64,000 bases of DNA from Octopus sinensis (Eukaryota): the NCBI RefSeq assembly GCF_006345805.1, contig NC_043021.1, positions 6,944,001 through 7,008,000 of the forward strand, given 5' to 3'. Positions 1 through 12,649 of this stretch are shown here, in pieces. How positions within the stretch are numbered: position 1 is the stretch's first letter; every line of letters starts with the position of its first letter. Made by a program: the position numbers and the translations under genes. The notes under the pieces are model-generated. The model saw nothing but the letters and a program-made list of their open reading frames with translations, did no database searches and was not told where the DNA came from.

Positions 1-102
1 ATCTATCTACCTACCTACCTACCTACATACCTACCCATCCATCCATCCACCCACACACCCACCCATCCATCCATCCACCTACCCATCCATCCATCCATCC
101 AC

Positions 103-146
<44 letters not shown>

Positions 147-414
147 TCTCTCCCTCTTTCTGATGATCTCTCTCTCTCTCTCTCTCTCTCTTTCCCTTTT
201 GCTGTCTAAACCTAACTCTCTCTCTTCCTCTCTCTCAGAGACCTACGGAGCAGGACCAGATGTGTATTGAACCTTACTGAGAGCCCAATATGTTTGGTAA
301 ACATCGGTGAGAGCAGCAGGGGTAAGGGATAGTATGGCATCCTTGTTGTTTGATGATGGTCTTGGAGTGAAAGAGTACACAAGTAATCTGCCACATGTTC
401 TGCATAATCCTTCT

Positions 415-1420
415 CATAACATCAACATTATCATCAACATCATTATCATCTTCACCATCATCACGATCATCATCATCATCATCACCGTCATCATCATCAT
501 CATCATCACCGTCTTCATCATCATCGTCCTCATCATAAAGTTATCATCACTATCACTACCTTTATCATCATCATTATCATCTTCATCATCATCACCACTA
601 TCACCATCACCATCATCACCACCATCATCATTACTACCATCATCATCATCTACACCATAAGCAATTTTTATCATCAACATTTTCATCTCACACCTTGTCC
701 ATCATCAATATTCCCCCCCACAACGTCCCTTCCTCCACCCAACCCAACCTCCTTCACCACTTTGCCATCCCCCCACTCTACCCCACCTCCATTACTACCA
801 CCAACACAACCACCACCACCACCACCCTAACCCACTTTCCTATTACCACCATCATCCTGAATTCTACTTCTATTGATTTTAGGCCAGCAAAAGCCAGGAT
901 TAAATTTAAGTCACCCTTTAAAGGATTGGTGGTCGTGGTGGTAGTACTGGCGGTGGTGTGGTGGTGGTGGTAGTGGTGGTGGTGGTAGTGGTGGTGGTGG
1001 TGGTGGTTGCAATGGTGGTGATGATGGTGGTGGCAGTGATGGTGGTGGCAGTGATGGTGGTGATGGTAGTAGTGGTGGCAGTGGTTACCAGCATCCTAGT
1101 TGTGGTTGTAGTGCTGCTTCTGCTATTGTGACAATGGTGGTGGTGGTGATGATTATGGTGTCATTGATGACAGTGGTGGTGGTGATGGTAGTAATGTTGT
1201 TGTTGTTATTGTTGCTGTTGGTGATGGTGGTAGTCATGGTAGTGGTAATGGTGGTGGCGATGGTTGTAGGTGTGTGGTTTTGGAGGGGCTGGTGGAGGTG
1301 GTGGTAACAATGTTGCTGTTAGCTGTGGTGGTGGTGGTGCTGCTGCTGCTGTTGATAGCAATGAAAGCTGTGGTGGAGGAGTTGGTGGTGATAATCTTGG
1401 TTGTTGATGTTGTTGTTGTA
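415..1420. repeat. Degenerate trinucleotide arrays: (ATC)n, (ACC)n, (GGT)n/(GTT)n
   Basis: Visible directly in the sequence. Confidence 0.9.
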
Positions 1421-1882
1421 CCACTGCTTGGTACCTTGGGCAAGTGTCCTCAGGCCGACCAAAGACTTGTGAATGGATTTGATAGATGGAAACTGAAAGA
1501 AGCCCATCGTGTGTGTGTGTGTGTGTGCCTGTGTTTGTCCCCCACCCACACACACATTGCTTGACAACCGATGTTAGTATGTTTACATCCCCATAACTTA
1601 GCGGTTTGGCAAAAGAGATGCTAGAATAAGTACTAGGCTTAAAAAGAATAAGTCTTGGCTCACCAGCCCTCAGTCAAACCATCAAACCCATGCCAGCATG
1701 GAAAGCAGACGTTAAACGATGATGATGATGATGATGATTGTTTTGAATTAATCATGCATTATCTCATAGTTTTGAGATTTCAATGAAGTGATTGCATATT
1801 TTTAGAATGACATTGTAGGATAAGTGTAAGAAGTTAGATCTGGCTGGTTTGAACATAAAATGCTAAAGGTTTAATATATAGA

Positions 1883-2276
1883 CTAGCAGTATCGCCCGGC
1901 GTTGCTCGGGTTTGTAAGGGAAATAACTATATAAGCATTTTTAGAGATGTATAGTATAATAGCCATCTCAATACGGCTAACCACAAAGGGGGGTGTTACT
2001 GTAGCTTTTTACGTTCTGAGATTTAATAATACATTTTTAGAGAGTTACTTCCCTTATATAATAGCAAAAAAATGCATTAAAAATGGGAAAAAATTATGGT
2101 AAATTTTTTAAAAATCGTAGACTCATCGTAGACGCGTGCTAATACCCAGAAGGGCTCGATATGAATCACGACTATAAGATACCCGCTTTTGGTTACACTT
2201 CACCGCAAAATGTGGGAGTAGTTAGGAATCTAAATCGTAGGAGACAGACACACAACTTCACTTTTATATATAAAGA
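1883..2276 (-). mobile_element. Non-autonomous Helitron
   Basis: Minus strand starts TC, ends with hairpin CCCGAGCAACGCCGGG then CTAG, and sits between A and T with no TSD. Confidence 0.8.
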
Positions 2277-2429
2277 TTTCACCTTGCATACAGATTTCTC
2301 TGGTTTAAGAGATAGAATAAGTCTGTGTTACAGAAAGTAGTAGTTCATGTTTTAACATGTTGATATGAAAGATTGCAAGTACAGATCTGAATAGGAAAGT
2401 ATGAAAGTACTTTCATAGGTAAATGGAAC

Positions 2430-2655
2430 AAAATCCTTCAGTACAAGGACTTGTCAGTGAACCAGTTCTACCAGCCTGTGGCATTTGAGACATTTGGAGG
2501 GGTGGGCCATTAACAGTGAAGTTCCTGTCATTGTTGGCAGCTCGCTTGCTTTACTGTAGTGACATGCTCATGAGGGTGCTTGGCTGTACCAACGCCTTAG
2601 CCTCGCTATCACCTGTAATAATGCTGTGAGCATGTTGGCTTGCTTCAGTTCCATC
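2430..2655 (+). mobile_element. Degenerate CRE-like non-LTR retrotransposon fragment (restriction-like endonuclease C-terminus)
   Basis: Frameshifted reading KILQYKDLSVNQFYQPVAFETFGGVG / TVKFLSLLAARL / HEGAWLYQRLSLAITCNNAVSMLAC matches the KY..L...F.P.AFET.G..G...QRLSLAI...NA pattern. Confidence 0.7.
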
Positions 2656-2800
2656 AGATCTTGTGGTATGCAACCAATTGAAGCACTTAGTGTTGAGTTG
2701 GTGTTTTTTCTTTCTTCTTATCTCTTTCTCTTTTTTTCTTCTTTTTTTTCTTTCTTCTTACCTCTTTACCTTTTTCTTCTTTTTTTCTTTCTTCACTCAT

Positions 2801-3195
2801 ACTCTTTTACTCTCTCTTTTACTTGTTTCAGTCATTTGACTGCAGCCATGCTGGAGCACCGCCTTTAGTCGAGAAAATCAACCCCAGGACTTATTCTTTG
2901 TAAGCCTAGTACTTATTCTATCGGTCACTTTTGCCGAACCACTAAGTTACGGGGACGTAAACACACCAGCATCTGTTGTTAAGCGATGTTGGGGGGACAA
3001 ACACAGACACACAAACATATATATATATACGACGGGCTTCTTTCAGTTTCCGTCTACCAAATCCACTCACAAGGCTTTGGTCAGCCCAAGGCTATAGTAG
3101 AAGACACTTGCCCAAGGTGCCACGCAGTGGGACTGAACCCGGAACCATGTGGTTGGTAAACAAGCTACTCCTACCACACAGCCACTCCTACACCT
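2801..3195 (-). mobile_element. SINE family A, full-length copy
   Basis: Reverse-complement match to 17478-17860. Confidence 0.9.
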
Positions 3196-3785
3196 GTGTT
3201 TCCTTCAGTTTTAGATTTGTATTTTAATGTGGTTTTGTATTATATATGTATCATTTACATACATAATGGTTAGAGTGTTGGGTTCACAATCATGAGGAGG
3301 TGAGTTCAATTCCTGGATTGGGCTGTGCGTTGCGTTCTTGAGCAAGACACTTTATTTCACATCGCTTCAGTTCACTCAGCTGTAGAAATGAGTCACTGGT
3401 GCCAAGCTGTATCAGCCCTTGTCTTTCCCTTGGATAACATCAGTGGCGTGGAGAGAGGAGGCTAGTATGCATGGGCAGTTGCTGGTTTTCCATAAACAAC
3501 CTTACCCAGACTTGTACCTCAGAGGGGAACCTTCTAGGTGCAACCCCCTTTGGTCATACATGACTGAAGGGGGTCTTTACCCTTTTATCATGTTGGTAAT
3601 AGAAGTGTATAACAGGTTTCAAAAATGTCAACATTGATAAGAGTTTCCTTTTGAATATGGATATGAATACATGCTGGTTTCGAATGTCACCAGTGATTAG
3701 AGAAGATAATTTGACTTCAGTAAATATGAAAGGAAATAAGCATACTTTTTAATGAGAACTGGCAGAAATGAGCAACTGTTTAGAG

Positions 3786-3988
3786 CAGTGGTTTTCAACC
3801 AGGGTTCCGCCAGTACAGTCCAAAGGGGTTCCGCAAGAAGTTACAAAACTGCTAAAATCGGCAGTAATTTTTAATTCTCCTGTGCAGATGTGTGTGCATA
3901 AGACTATTAAATTATTGCACAGGGGTTCCTCGAGCCAGTGGAATGTTTCCTTGGGGTTCCGCTCCAGCAAAAAGTTTGAAAAGCACTG
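3786..3988. mobile_element. hAT-type MITE
   Basis: TIRs CAGTGGTTTTCAACC / GTTTGAAAAGCACTG with a perfect 8-bp TSD GTTTAGAG (3778-85 and 3989-96). Partial relatives near 18690-18808 and from 54156. Confidence 0.9.
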
Positions 3989-4403
3989 GTTTAGAGTATT
4001 CCTTCAGCTAAGTACATACTTCATATTGAAACTAGCTGAATGAAGGGTTCCATTCAAAGAAGAGATTTTGTTAATGCAATGAAGGCTGAGAGATGTTACC
4101 CTCAGCAGGATTCGAACCCCAGAACACAGAGAGCCAGACTAGATCTCTCAAGGTATCTAATCTGATGTCCTAATAACTCTTCAAATTCACCTCCTTACAT
4201 ATGCATATATACAGCATACGGCAAATAAAACCACTGGGTACTACACACACATACCATATAGAGTAAACATACAGATCATAGCACCTTACATAATACTTTG
4301 GAGCATTAAACAGAAAGGAAAATCTTCCATATTATTGACGTATACAGAGTTGTACCTGGTTGTGCGGTGAAACCATAAGTCACGCAATGAAGATGAGACT
4401 ACT

Positions 4404-4439
<36 letters not shown>

Positions 4440-5596
4440 TTTCTCCCTTCTCATTACAGAAACTTGTTTAGATATACTTCAACAATACAAAGTGTGTTAT
4501 ACATTTGTTTAACAGTACAGACTTGCTGTAGGTCACATTCTTCAAATAACTACAGGTTGCTTGACTACCTAGAATCAACAACAACACTTAATTGTTTGTT
4601 TTATCAGCCACAAGGGTGACAGTTGAAGGCAACATGACAACAACAAATTACAAAACTATGCATAGAGTTATATTATAGAAGCAAGCGTGAGAAAACAGAA
4701 ATGAGGACCAATGAGGAAACGACCACCAAGGGCCGGACCAGAGAACCTACATAACCTTTACTGCCAAGGACAGGTACCTTCTCACAGTTGTAGTCCACAG
4801 AAATCATTATCATCATCATCATAGTTATAATTTCCACTTTTCCATGCTTACATGGAGTGAAGGTTCACAATCGTAAGGTCGTCAGTTGAATTCCTGGCAG
4901 TACACTGTGTCCTTGAGCAAGACACTTTATTTCACATTGCTCAAGTTCACTCAGCTGGCAAAAATGAGTAGTACCTGTAATTCAAAGGGCCAGCCTTGTC
5001 ACATTCTTGCCACTTCCCTCCCTCCATACTCTCTAATCATACTCCCTTGCAATATCTTGCCACTTATATTATGACGTTCAAACCTCAAGGGTGTGCCCTG
5101 GCACTTGCCACCATCTATATCTCTCTCTTCCTTTACTCAACCATCTCATTTATATTCTGATCCCTGTCCCTTTTGAGTATGCCCGGCACTTTACCACCAT
5201 CTCTACCCTGCTATTTCCCACTTTCTCTCTCTCTCCTCCTGTACTTCCCTCAGGTTGGGTAACCATGTATTTCCTTTGCAGCAGTGCACCAGTTTCTGTT
5301 GTCATCTGTATAACTTCAATAAGAAATGCCAGCAAACCATAACCTAAGCATGGACACAGGCTAATGATTGAAACAGGTAAAAGATAAAAGATACAAATCT
5401 CCCACAACAATAAGCCTGTTCTACATCATCATCATCGTTTAGTGTCCGTTTTCCATGCTGGCATGGGTTGGACGATGCAACTGGGGTCTGGGAAGCCAGA
5501 AGGCTGCACCAGGCCCAGTCTGATCTGGTAATGTTTCTACAGCTGGATGCCCTTTCTAACGCCAACCACTCCATGAGTGTAGTGGGTGCTTTTTAC

Positions 5597-5825
5597 CTGA
5601 AAGCAAAACAGGAACTCACCACCAAAGAAAAGTGCACTCAACAGAAGGAAAAACCAGTAGCGCTGGCAGAGAGCTCCTTCAAATGCAGTTGCTGTATGCA
5701 TGACTGCTACTCCCATGTGGGCCTGTGCAGCCACAACAGATGCTGCACCACCAACAGCAGCTGACACGATTTCTTTAGGCACACATCCATGGCCTCTCGA
5801 GACCGATGGATACCTACTACTACTC
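5597..5825 (+). mobile_element. RTE-clade LINE 3' fragment
   Basis: ...SFKCSCCMHDCYSHVGLCSHNRCC* resembles the RTE C-terminal CxxCxRxCxSRIGLxSHxRxC motif; short 3'UTR ending in (CTA)n. Confidence 0.7.
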
Positions 5826-6992
5826 GTGAAGGGGACTTGCTTTGACTTTGCAAGCTGCAAGGTGACCTCGAACAGTGCTGGTGCAATAAAAAAAAAAACA
5901 GAACTCAAAACACACTGTAACTGATTAGCAATCAATTCAAACAAAAACAATGTGGAGTTTGAAATAATTGTTTGGCTTTGCTGATGGCAAAGCAACCCCT
6001 ATAGTGTCAGTGCCATGAAAAATTTCATCCAGTACACTCAATGAAATGGTTGCTATTAGGTAGGACCATTGAAGGAAGGCCCATCAAAACCATGATGTAA
6101 ATGTAAAAAAATGAGATTGAATCAAGATGTAATCCTTCAACCATTGAATCCTGTTGAACTGTCCTACCTATACCAGCACGGAGAACAGACATAAAATGAT
6201 GATGAATAAACATGTTTTAAGGCTAGAAAATTGTGTTCTCTTTCTACATCATCACCATCATCATCATCGCTTAACGTCCATCTTCCATGCATGCATGGGT
6301 AAGACAGTTCACAGGAGCTAACCCAGTAGAGAAACTACCTTATGCAGCTGTATCTGTTTTGGCAGGGTTTTTTTATGACTGGATGCCCTTCCTAACACCA
6401 ACCACTCTGCAGAGTGGACTCGGTGCTTTTTTACATGGTACTAGCACTGGCAAGGTTAGATTTGGCATGATATTTACAGCTGGAAGACAATCATAGTTTA
6501 TGAAGAGAAAATGTAAGGCGGAGAAAGATGTTGTTTACAAGAGATGTAGTTCAGGTTCTTGGGGTAGGGTGTGTGAAAAGTTTCTTGTTACACATGGGTG
6601 AGGCACAACTCTTCTAGCACTCAGTTTCACTGATGTGGGCGGGTCTTCTCGAGAACTTCATGTTGCCAAACATCTCAGTCCATTCTACATATTTACATAA
6701 AGGTGTATTCTATTTCAGTTTGCTGGCTTGAGTATATGACCTTTTGTGTATGTGTGTGTACTCACACATTTGTATTTGCATTATGTATGAGCAATGCTTA
6801 TGTGTATGGATGTGTACAGCTGTGCATGTGCATATATATATATAAATATATATATATATGGAATCGGCGGCTTATATTTATTTGCTGCCGATAAATTTGG
6901 CGCGAGTGCGATGATTTGAAAATTTTAGGTCAGATATTGCCAAGGCAGGGACGGGAATGCCTCGTGAAAAATATCTGTTCCGACTTGGCTAT

Positions 6993-7095
6993 TTCTTACT
7001 GATGAATCTAAGGGTCTATGGTAGATTGGCTTGATTTAATTTAATCAGGTTAGTTTACCATTAAACAGTAGATGAAACGGTGCATCGTATAAGAA
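6993..7095 (+). ncRNA. Type I hammerhead ribozyme motif, intact core
   Basis: Stem I TTCTTA (6993-98)/TAAGAA (7090-95); core CTGATGA (6999-7005); stem II ATCTA/TAGAT extended by a 19-bp hairpin (7018-7036/7043-7061); GAAA at 7074; stem III ACGGT-GC-ATCGT; cleavage triplet GTA (7087-89). Confidence 0.82.
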
Positions 7096-7659
7096 TTACA
7101 GGGTAAATGTTTTTTTAATTTTCTCCTGGTTTACGGAATTGATGTTATTTTGCGGTTGAAGCTTTTGGCTGTTATTTCTAGTGGGTGAATGGCCTATTAT
7201 GGCCGTTCCTTGATTGTGATGTATATATAAATATATATATATATACCCACACATACACACACACGTGTGCATACACACACACACACGCACGTATACACAC
7301 ACACACACACACACACACACAAAGATCATCAATATGAACATTTATTTTTTCTCTCTGTATGTTTTACAACTATTTTCCCATGCCTCCACAGGTGGGACAT
7401 AGGTGTGTTTGTTAGATCAATCATCTACACACAACTGGATAAATTTTCTCTTACCATTAACCACTGAACTGTGAAGGTAGGAAGTAGGTGGCTTGTTTGT
7501 ATTCAGATATGGCTAACCAGGGCAAATAAAGTTATGCATTTCTTAATTTTCTTTGAACTATGAAGATCAGTAAAAATTATTAGGGTCGTAAGTGAGTGTG
7601 TGTGTGTGTGTTTGTACAACACGTTTATATATACATGCATATTTATACACATACATACA

Positions 7660-7855
7660 CAAAAGGATCGGCTGTAAAGTTCACAGATACTCTCATGGAA
7701 TGTGACCAAATGAGGTTTATTTTTCAGCATGGTCCCCCTTGCGGTCCACATACTTCTTCCATTGGTGTTGCAGTATTTGGATCGCATTGGTGAGGAAGCT
7801 TTCTTCCTATTGCTCAAAAAAGTTATCAACAGCAGATATGATGTCATCAACACTG
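7660..7855 (-). mobile_element. Mariner transposase C-terminal remnant
   Basis: Minus-strand reading DDIISAVDN / FEQ*EESFLTNAIQILQHQWKKYVDRKGDHAEK* matches the mariner GI..L..RW.KCV...GDYVEK motif. Confidence 0.7.
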
Positions 7856-7945
7856 ACACAAAGACACACACACACACATATATATATATAGTCAATTCAA
7901 TGAACAAGTAATTCAAAAATGGATAAAAAACAAAAAGAGAATAAA

Positions 7946-7984
<39 letters not shown>

Positions 7985-8063
7985 TAATCCAAACAAGAAA
8001 GCACAAAAAACGCGAGGACGTGGAACAAATATAGTATTATTGGACACTCAGGAAAGAAGGAGG

Positions 8064-8098
8064 GTTTAACGTTTCGAGCGGAGCTCTTCGTCGGAAAC
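8064..8098 (-). ncRNA. Minimal Penelope-type hammerhead ribozyme motif
   Basis: Minus strand reads GTTT-CCGACGA-A-GAGC-TCC-GCTC-GAA-ACGT-T-AAAC: 4-bp stem I, core with U4C, stem II, palindromic ACGT stem III. Lies in a repeat at about 7985-8180. Confidence 0.6.
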
Positions 8099-8554
8099 AT
8101 AGGAGAAGGAAAGATCCAGAGAAGGGAAGACAGAGGAAAAAAAATCGCCAATGGTACACACACGGTCACATTTTGAATGATCGGAAGGAAATGGGTGAAG
8201 AAAAGTTCTTTCAAAGACAGGAGAGTGGTTCTTATATATATAAATATATATAACAGGCTTCTTTCAGTTTCTATCTACAAAATCCATTTGGTCAGCCTGA
8301 GATCATAGTAGAAGACACTTGCGCCCAAAGTGCCAAGCTGCGGAACTGAACCCAGAACCATGTGGTTGGGAAGCAAGCTTCTTACAACACAGCCACACCT
8401 GGATATTTCTTTAAGGAAAGTATATAATTATGAAATATCAAAAATAATGTTTTTTTCTTTCCAAGCACCAGTGGGGCATACATTTTTCTGGGAAGTTATA
8501 AATGGGGCCTGCGGGGTAAATAGGTTGGGAAAAGCAGTTCTAGAATGTTGTTAC

Positions 8555-8692
8555 CTGTTTATCGTCAGAAGCTAAACAGTGCCGTACAATGTCTCGTTCC
8601 ATGGCAGATCTATCCTCTTGCAGGTGATGCTCAAAGTAATGAGAAAGACGAAGGCGGCCGGCTTTATTGATAATCAACAAAAATTTCAGCAT
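8555..8692 (-). CDS. AP4S1: AP-4 complex subunit sigma-1-like, first coding exon (46 codons); downstream exons not found in window
   Basis: Translates as MLKFLLIINKAGRLRLSHYFEHHLQEDRSAMERDIVRHCLASDDKQ. This fits the adaptor sigma N-terminus (MxxFxLxxNKxGxxRLSxYY/F) and aligns without gaps to recalled human AP4S1 ([22 protein letters not shown]...SCLSRSNEQ). Acceptor CCCCTTTTTTTTTTGCAG|AATCTCCAAA-ATG places the exon start at 8702; phase-0 donor CAG|GTAACA follows Q46, where I recall the human intron also falls. Confidence 0.88.
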
Positions 8693-8779
8693 TTTGGAGA
8701 TTCTGCAAAAAAAAAAGGGGAAAGGCAAACAAAAATTAACAAAAAATTCCATTGCAGTTACAACCAAGAACAAACTGAT

Positions 8780-8818
<39 letters not shown>

Positions 8819-9196
8819 AATGGGTGCAGGCATGGCTGTGTGGTAAGAAGCTTGCTTCCCAAACACATGGTTCCAGGTTCAGTCCTGGAACTATGTTCAG
8901 TCCTGCATGGCACTTTGGGTAAGTGTCTTCTAGTATATATGTATATGTCCATGTGTGTCTTTCTGTTTGTGTTTCCCCCACCACCACCACCACCACCACT
9001 TGACTAGTGTTGGTGTGTTTATATCCCTGTAACTTAGCAGTTCAGCAAAAGAGACTAATAGAACAAATACCAGGTATAAAAAAAAAAGTACTGTGGTCGA
9101 TTCATTTGACAAAAAATTCTTCAGGGCAGACCCCAGCATGGCCACAGTCTAATGACAGAAACAAGCAAAAGATAAAAGATAACATAAGAGAAGAAT

Positions 9197-9402
9197 TATG
9201 AGGGAGATTTGAAAAGTTCCTGGCTTTAAGGGTATCACAAAAGATCTGGTTGGAGGCCCAACCTTTTGAGTTCTTTACAGGGTTTAGAAAAATTAAAAGG
9301 ATCACTGCAACAAATGTATGAACCTGAGAGGGGAACCGGTTGAATAAAACCTCCTGTGTTTTCTTTTACCCAAAACCAGGAACTTTTCAGCACCTCCTTG
9401 TA
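9197..9402 (+). mobile_element. Mariner-derived MITE
   Basis: TA-flanked TIRs TGAGGGAGATTTGAAAAGTTCCTGG / CCAGGAACTTTTCAGCACCTCCTTG; internal GLEKLKDHCNKCMNLRGE. Confidence 0.8.
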
Positions 9403-9729
9403 TTGATAAGATTATAAATTCCATTAAGGTTATAACCTTACAACAATGCCCCACAGCTGTTAAAATGAGTAACATGTCAGATTTTTAAGTAGATTATATA
9501 TTTTCCAAATAATTAACCTTATCATCTCAGTGAATGTTAACAATATTTGCAACTATTTTACGTTTTACATTATGGTTATTATAATTATTTATAGTTGGCC
9601 TTTCAATGCTCCTTGCAGTGAATATGTTAACACTTAAGTAACAATTATATAATTGGTCTTGAGAGTGTACACATACACAAACACTCACACACACACATTA
9701 AAGATATATATATATTTATATATATATTT

Positions 9730-10050
9730 TACCAATGACCTTGTTCTTATTGCTGAATCACTTACTAGAACTAGAGAGAAGAAATTTTAAGTATGGGAAC
9801 ACAGACTGGAATCAAAGGGCCTTAGAGCTAATTTAGTAAAGACCAAAGTCTTGAAAGGTAGGAAAACAGGTAGATCACAGATCCCTTCAGGGAGATGGCT
9901 CTGCTCAATGTGTAGATAAGGTGTTGGGAGAAACTCCATACAGAGTACTTAGTGCGAGCTATGGACACATAAGTGGTGCAGCAATATCACTGGAAGACTA
10001 ACAGAGAAAGTAATCTTTACATGTGGCAGATGTGCAGGTTCATTAAACAC
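9730..10050 (+). mobile_element. RTE-clade LINE RT/zinc-finger fragment
   Basis: NDLVLIAESL...LESKGLRANLVKTKVL...PSGRWLCSMCR*GVGRNSI...LWTHKWCSNITGRLT...FTCGRC, with stops and frameshifts. Confidence 0.8.
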
Positions 10051-10399
10051 TAGGAATCATCATCATCAGAATCTTTGTTTAATGTCAGCTTTCCATACTG
10101 GCATGGGTTTCACGGTTTGACTGAGGACTGGTGAGCCAGAAGGCTTCACCAGGCTCAATCTGATCTGGCAAAGTTTCTACAGCTGCATGTTCTTCTTAAT
10201 GCCAACCACTCCAAGAGTGTAGTGGGTGCTTTTACATGCCACCGGCATGAGGGCCAGCAGGCAGTTCTGGCAATGACGACACTCAAAAGGTGTTTTTTAC
10301 GTGCTACCAGTACGGGAGCCAGTCCAGCGGTACTGGCAACAACCACGCTCGAATGTTGTTTTTCACGTGCCACCAGCACATACAAACATAACATACATA

Positions 10400-10593
10400 T
10401 ATGAGGAGGTGCTGAAAAGTTCCTGGCTTTAAGGATATCACGAAAGGCCTGATTGGATGCCCAACCCTCCAAGTTCTTTTACAGGGCTTAGAAAAACTGA
10501 AAGACCACTGAAATAAGTGTGTGAATCAGAGAGAGAAATATGTTGAATAAAATCATAATTAAATGATCCTCCTGTATTTTCTTTTACCTTGTA
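10400..10593 (+). mobile_element. Second copy of the mariner MITE, right TIR mostly deleted
   Basis: Colinear with 9197-9402. Confidence 0.75.
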
Positions 10594-10619
10594 TACATAT
10601 ATATATATATATACACATA

Positions 10620-11075
10620 TATCATCATCATCATCATCATCGTTTAACATCCATTCTCCATGCTAGCATGGGTTGGATGGTTCGATCGGGGATCTGGGAA
10701 GCCAGAAGGCTGCACCAGGCTCCGGTCTTATCTGGCAATGTTTCTACAGCTGGATGCCCTTCCTAACGCCAACCACTCCGTGAGTGTAGTGGGTGCTTTT
10801 TACGTGCCACCTGCACTGGAGCCAGGCGAGACTGGCATCGGCCACGGTCGGATTGGTGCATTTTACGTGCCACCTGCAAGGAAGCCAGTCGAGGCGGCAC
10901 TGGCTTCGGCCACGATTCGGATGGTGCTTTTTACATGCCACCAACACGGAAGCCAGTCGAGGCGGCGCTGGCATCGGCCACAATTTGGATAGTGCTTTTT
11001 ACGTACCACCAGTCCAGGGGTCCTGGCATCTGCCAGGTGCCAGTCATAGGATTGGTTCAATTTCGATTCCGATTT
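10620..11075 (-). mobile_element. RTE-tail short element with internal ~63-68-bp tandem units and a (GAT)n tail
   Basis: Same family at 5424-5596, 6260-6485, 10055-10380, 15380-15697(+), 25884-26290, 62180-62480, 62685-62890(+). Confidence 0.8.
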
Positions 11076-11814
11076 TATATATATATATATATATATATTA
11101 ATAGTAATGGTATGACAACATAAGAATGAATGAGACCTGGATATTATGTAAATAGAGGAATATATCTGTAATATAATATAATTTATTGAAAATATAGAGA
11201 GCTTCACAGTATTTGTAGCCTAAGGGACCAATAAAAACTTAATCTAGCTCTAAGAATAAGTGTCAGGTCTAGTGTGACTCAGGGGTGTATATTCCAGGTG
11301 TGTTGGGTGTGCAGTGCACACCCATCAAAAATGGCAAATTCATTATAGATATTAACCTTATTCATTAATTCAATCACAAATCTCAATGGAAAACTTATTG
11401 AAGAGAAAACTTATCTCTCATCTTCATAGCACCAATGAATCCAAAGCTAAGAAACAATCATTAAACAAGCTAATGGGGGAAGGAGAATTTGTAGACATAC
11501 TTAACCTACTAAAAAAGAAACCAAATTTCTTTCCCTAACAAGTCTACGATTCTTTATGCCTGAAGGAAAAAAGATTGTCACTGCAGCTGGAACACCTTTC
11601 ACCATAAGCCTGCTGGATAGAGGCTGAGCTAGGTAAAACAACAACCACCAAACAACCCCGAAGAATTCTTCAGGGCCCCTCACATTTATGTTGTTTAAAT
11701 TTCCTTCACCACATTTCTGCTATTGTTGTATTATTGCTACACATTGTGTACAAAGTTGCACCATTACAGCATATAGGCACTGTCATTGTGTACTCTCTAC
11801 AGTGAAAGAATATG

Positions 11815-12010
11815 ATCGCCTCGCCTGCTAGTAATAGTAGCCAAATTTCTCTCAAATCAGAATATCTCCAGCGTTTTTTTTTAAAGGACACATTGGATAT
11901 TGTGATCTTGGATTCGCTGCCCACAGGAAAAAGGCGGAGATGGCCACAGCTGGAAAACATTTGATCATTGGTCTGTTCGATTAGACCTGACATAAGGGTT
12001 AATAACATGA
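11815..12010 (+). repeat. Old unclassified dispersed repeat (GCTAGAAATAGCAGCCAAAT...GACCTGGGGCTAAAC type)
   Basis: Diverged copies near 20310-20480(-), 21425-21600(-), 33385-33560(-), 34470-34710, 36950-37110, 43190-43350(-), 53200-53380, 61200-61410. Confidence 0.6.
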
Positions 12011-12649
12011 TGGCTTCACAGTTTAAGTGAGGTTAATGAAAAGTGACCACGGCTAAAATAAATTAAGAAAGAGGGGGCATATGGTTACACAATAAGTAAT
12101 TCAAATATTCCAACAACAAAACTGCAGCGCAAATATAATTTTTGGCTCCTCATCAAAGTTTCGCTTTTCACCAAAACAATTCCGTGTTTTATATTTTCGC
12201 TTCAGTTTGACACTCATATATAATAGATATACAAAGAAAAGATAGGAACTTAAGAAGAAAATAATTTTAGAGTAAGAATTGATAAAGATGAAAGCGGTTC
12301 ACAAGCAAAGAAGACTTCCTCTAAAAATCGCTAGCTCAGATGAAAGTATGCTTCAGGTTGAAGCATATAAAAGCCGAGACTTCACATATTATTAACATCG
12401 ATCAGAAGTCCGAAACTTGTGATAGGGAGCAGCAGATATGATCTGTTATAGATGCTCAACAAAGAATTACATTTTTGCGTTTAACATAGCAAATGTAACA
12501 CCTAGAAAGAAATCTGGCAAATTCTTGATTGATTCTATTTGTTGTGCTTCAGGTGCTGATTAACCTTAATTCCTTAGTTCCTGTGAATGATCAAACATAA
12601 GCATAGAGAATTTTTAAAAGGGGTTATATGATTTGCAACTAGTTCTGAC

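Noticed and set aside
307-1567. ORFs with poly-I/D/M/V/H/P tracts
   Set aside because: Translations of trinucleotide microsatellites; the same applies to 22296-23489 and all YI/CV-rich ORFs.
229-7570. Downstream AP4S1 exons (candidates near 240-400, 2282-2387, 4020-4085, 7455-7557)
   Set aside because: Splice-like signals exist, but none encodes the expected YRxYAxLF motif and the relevant frames contain stops.
8703-8866. N-terminal extension of the AP4S1 ORF
   Set aside because: Lies upstream of the splice acceptor and consists of intron, (CA)n and a SINE head.
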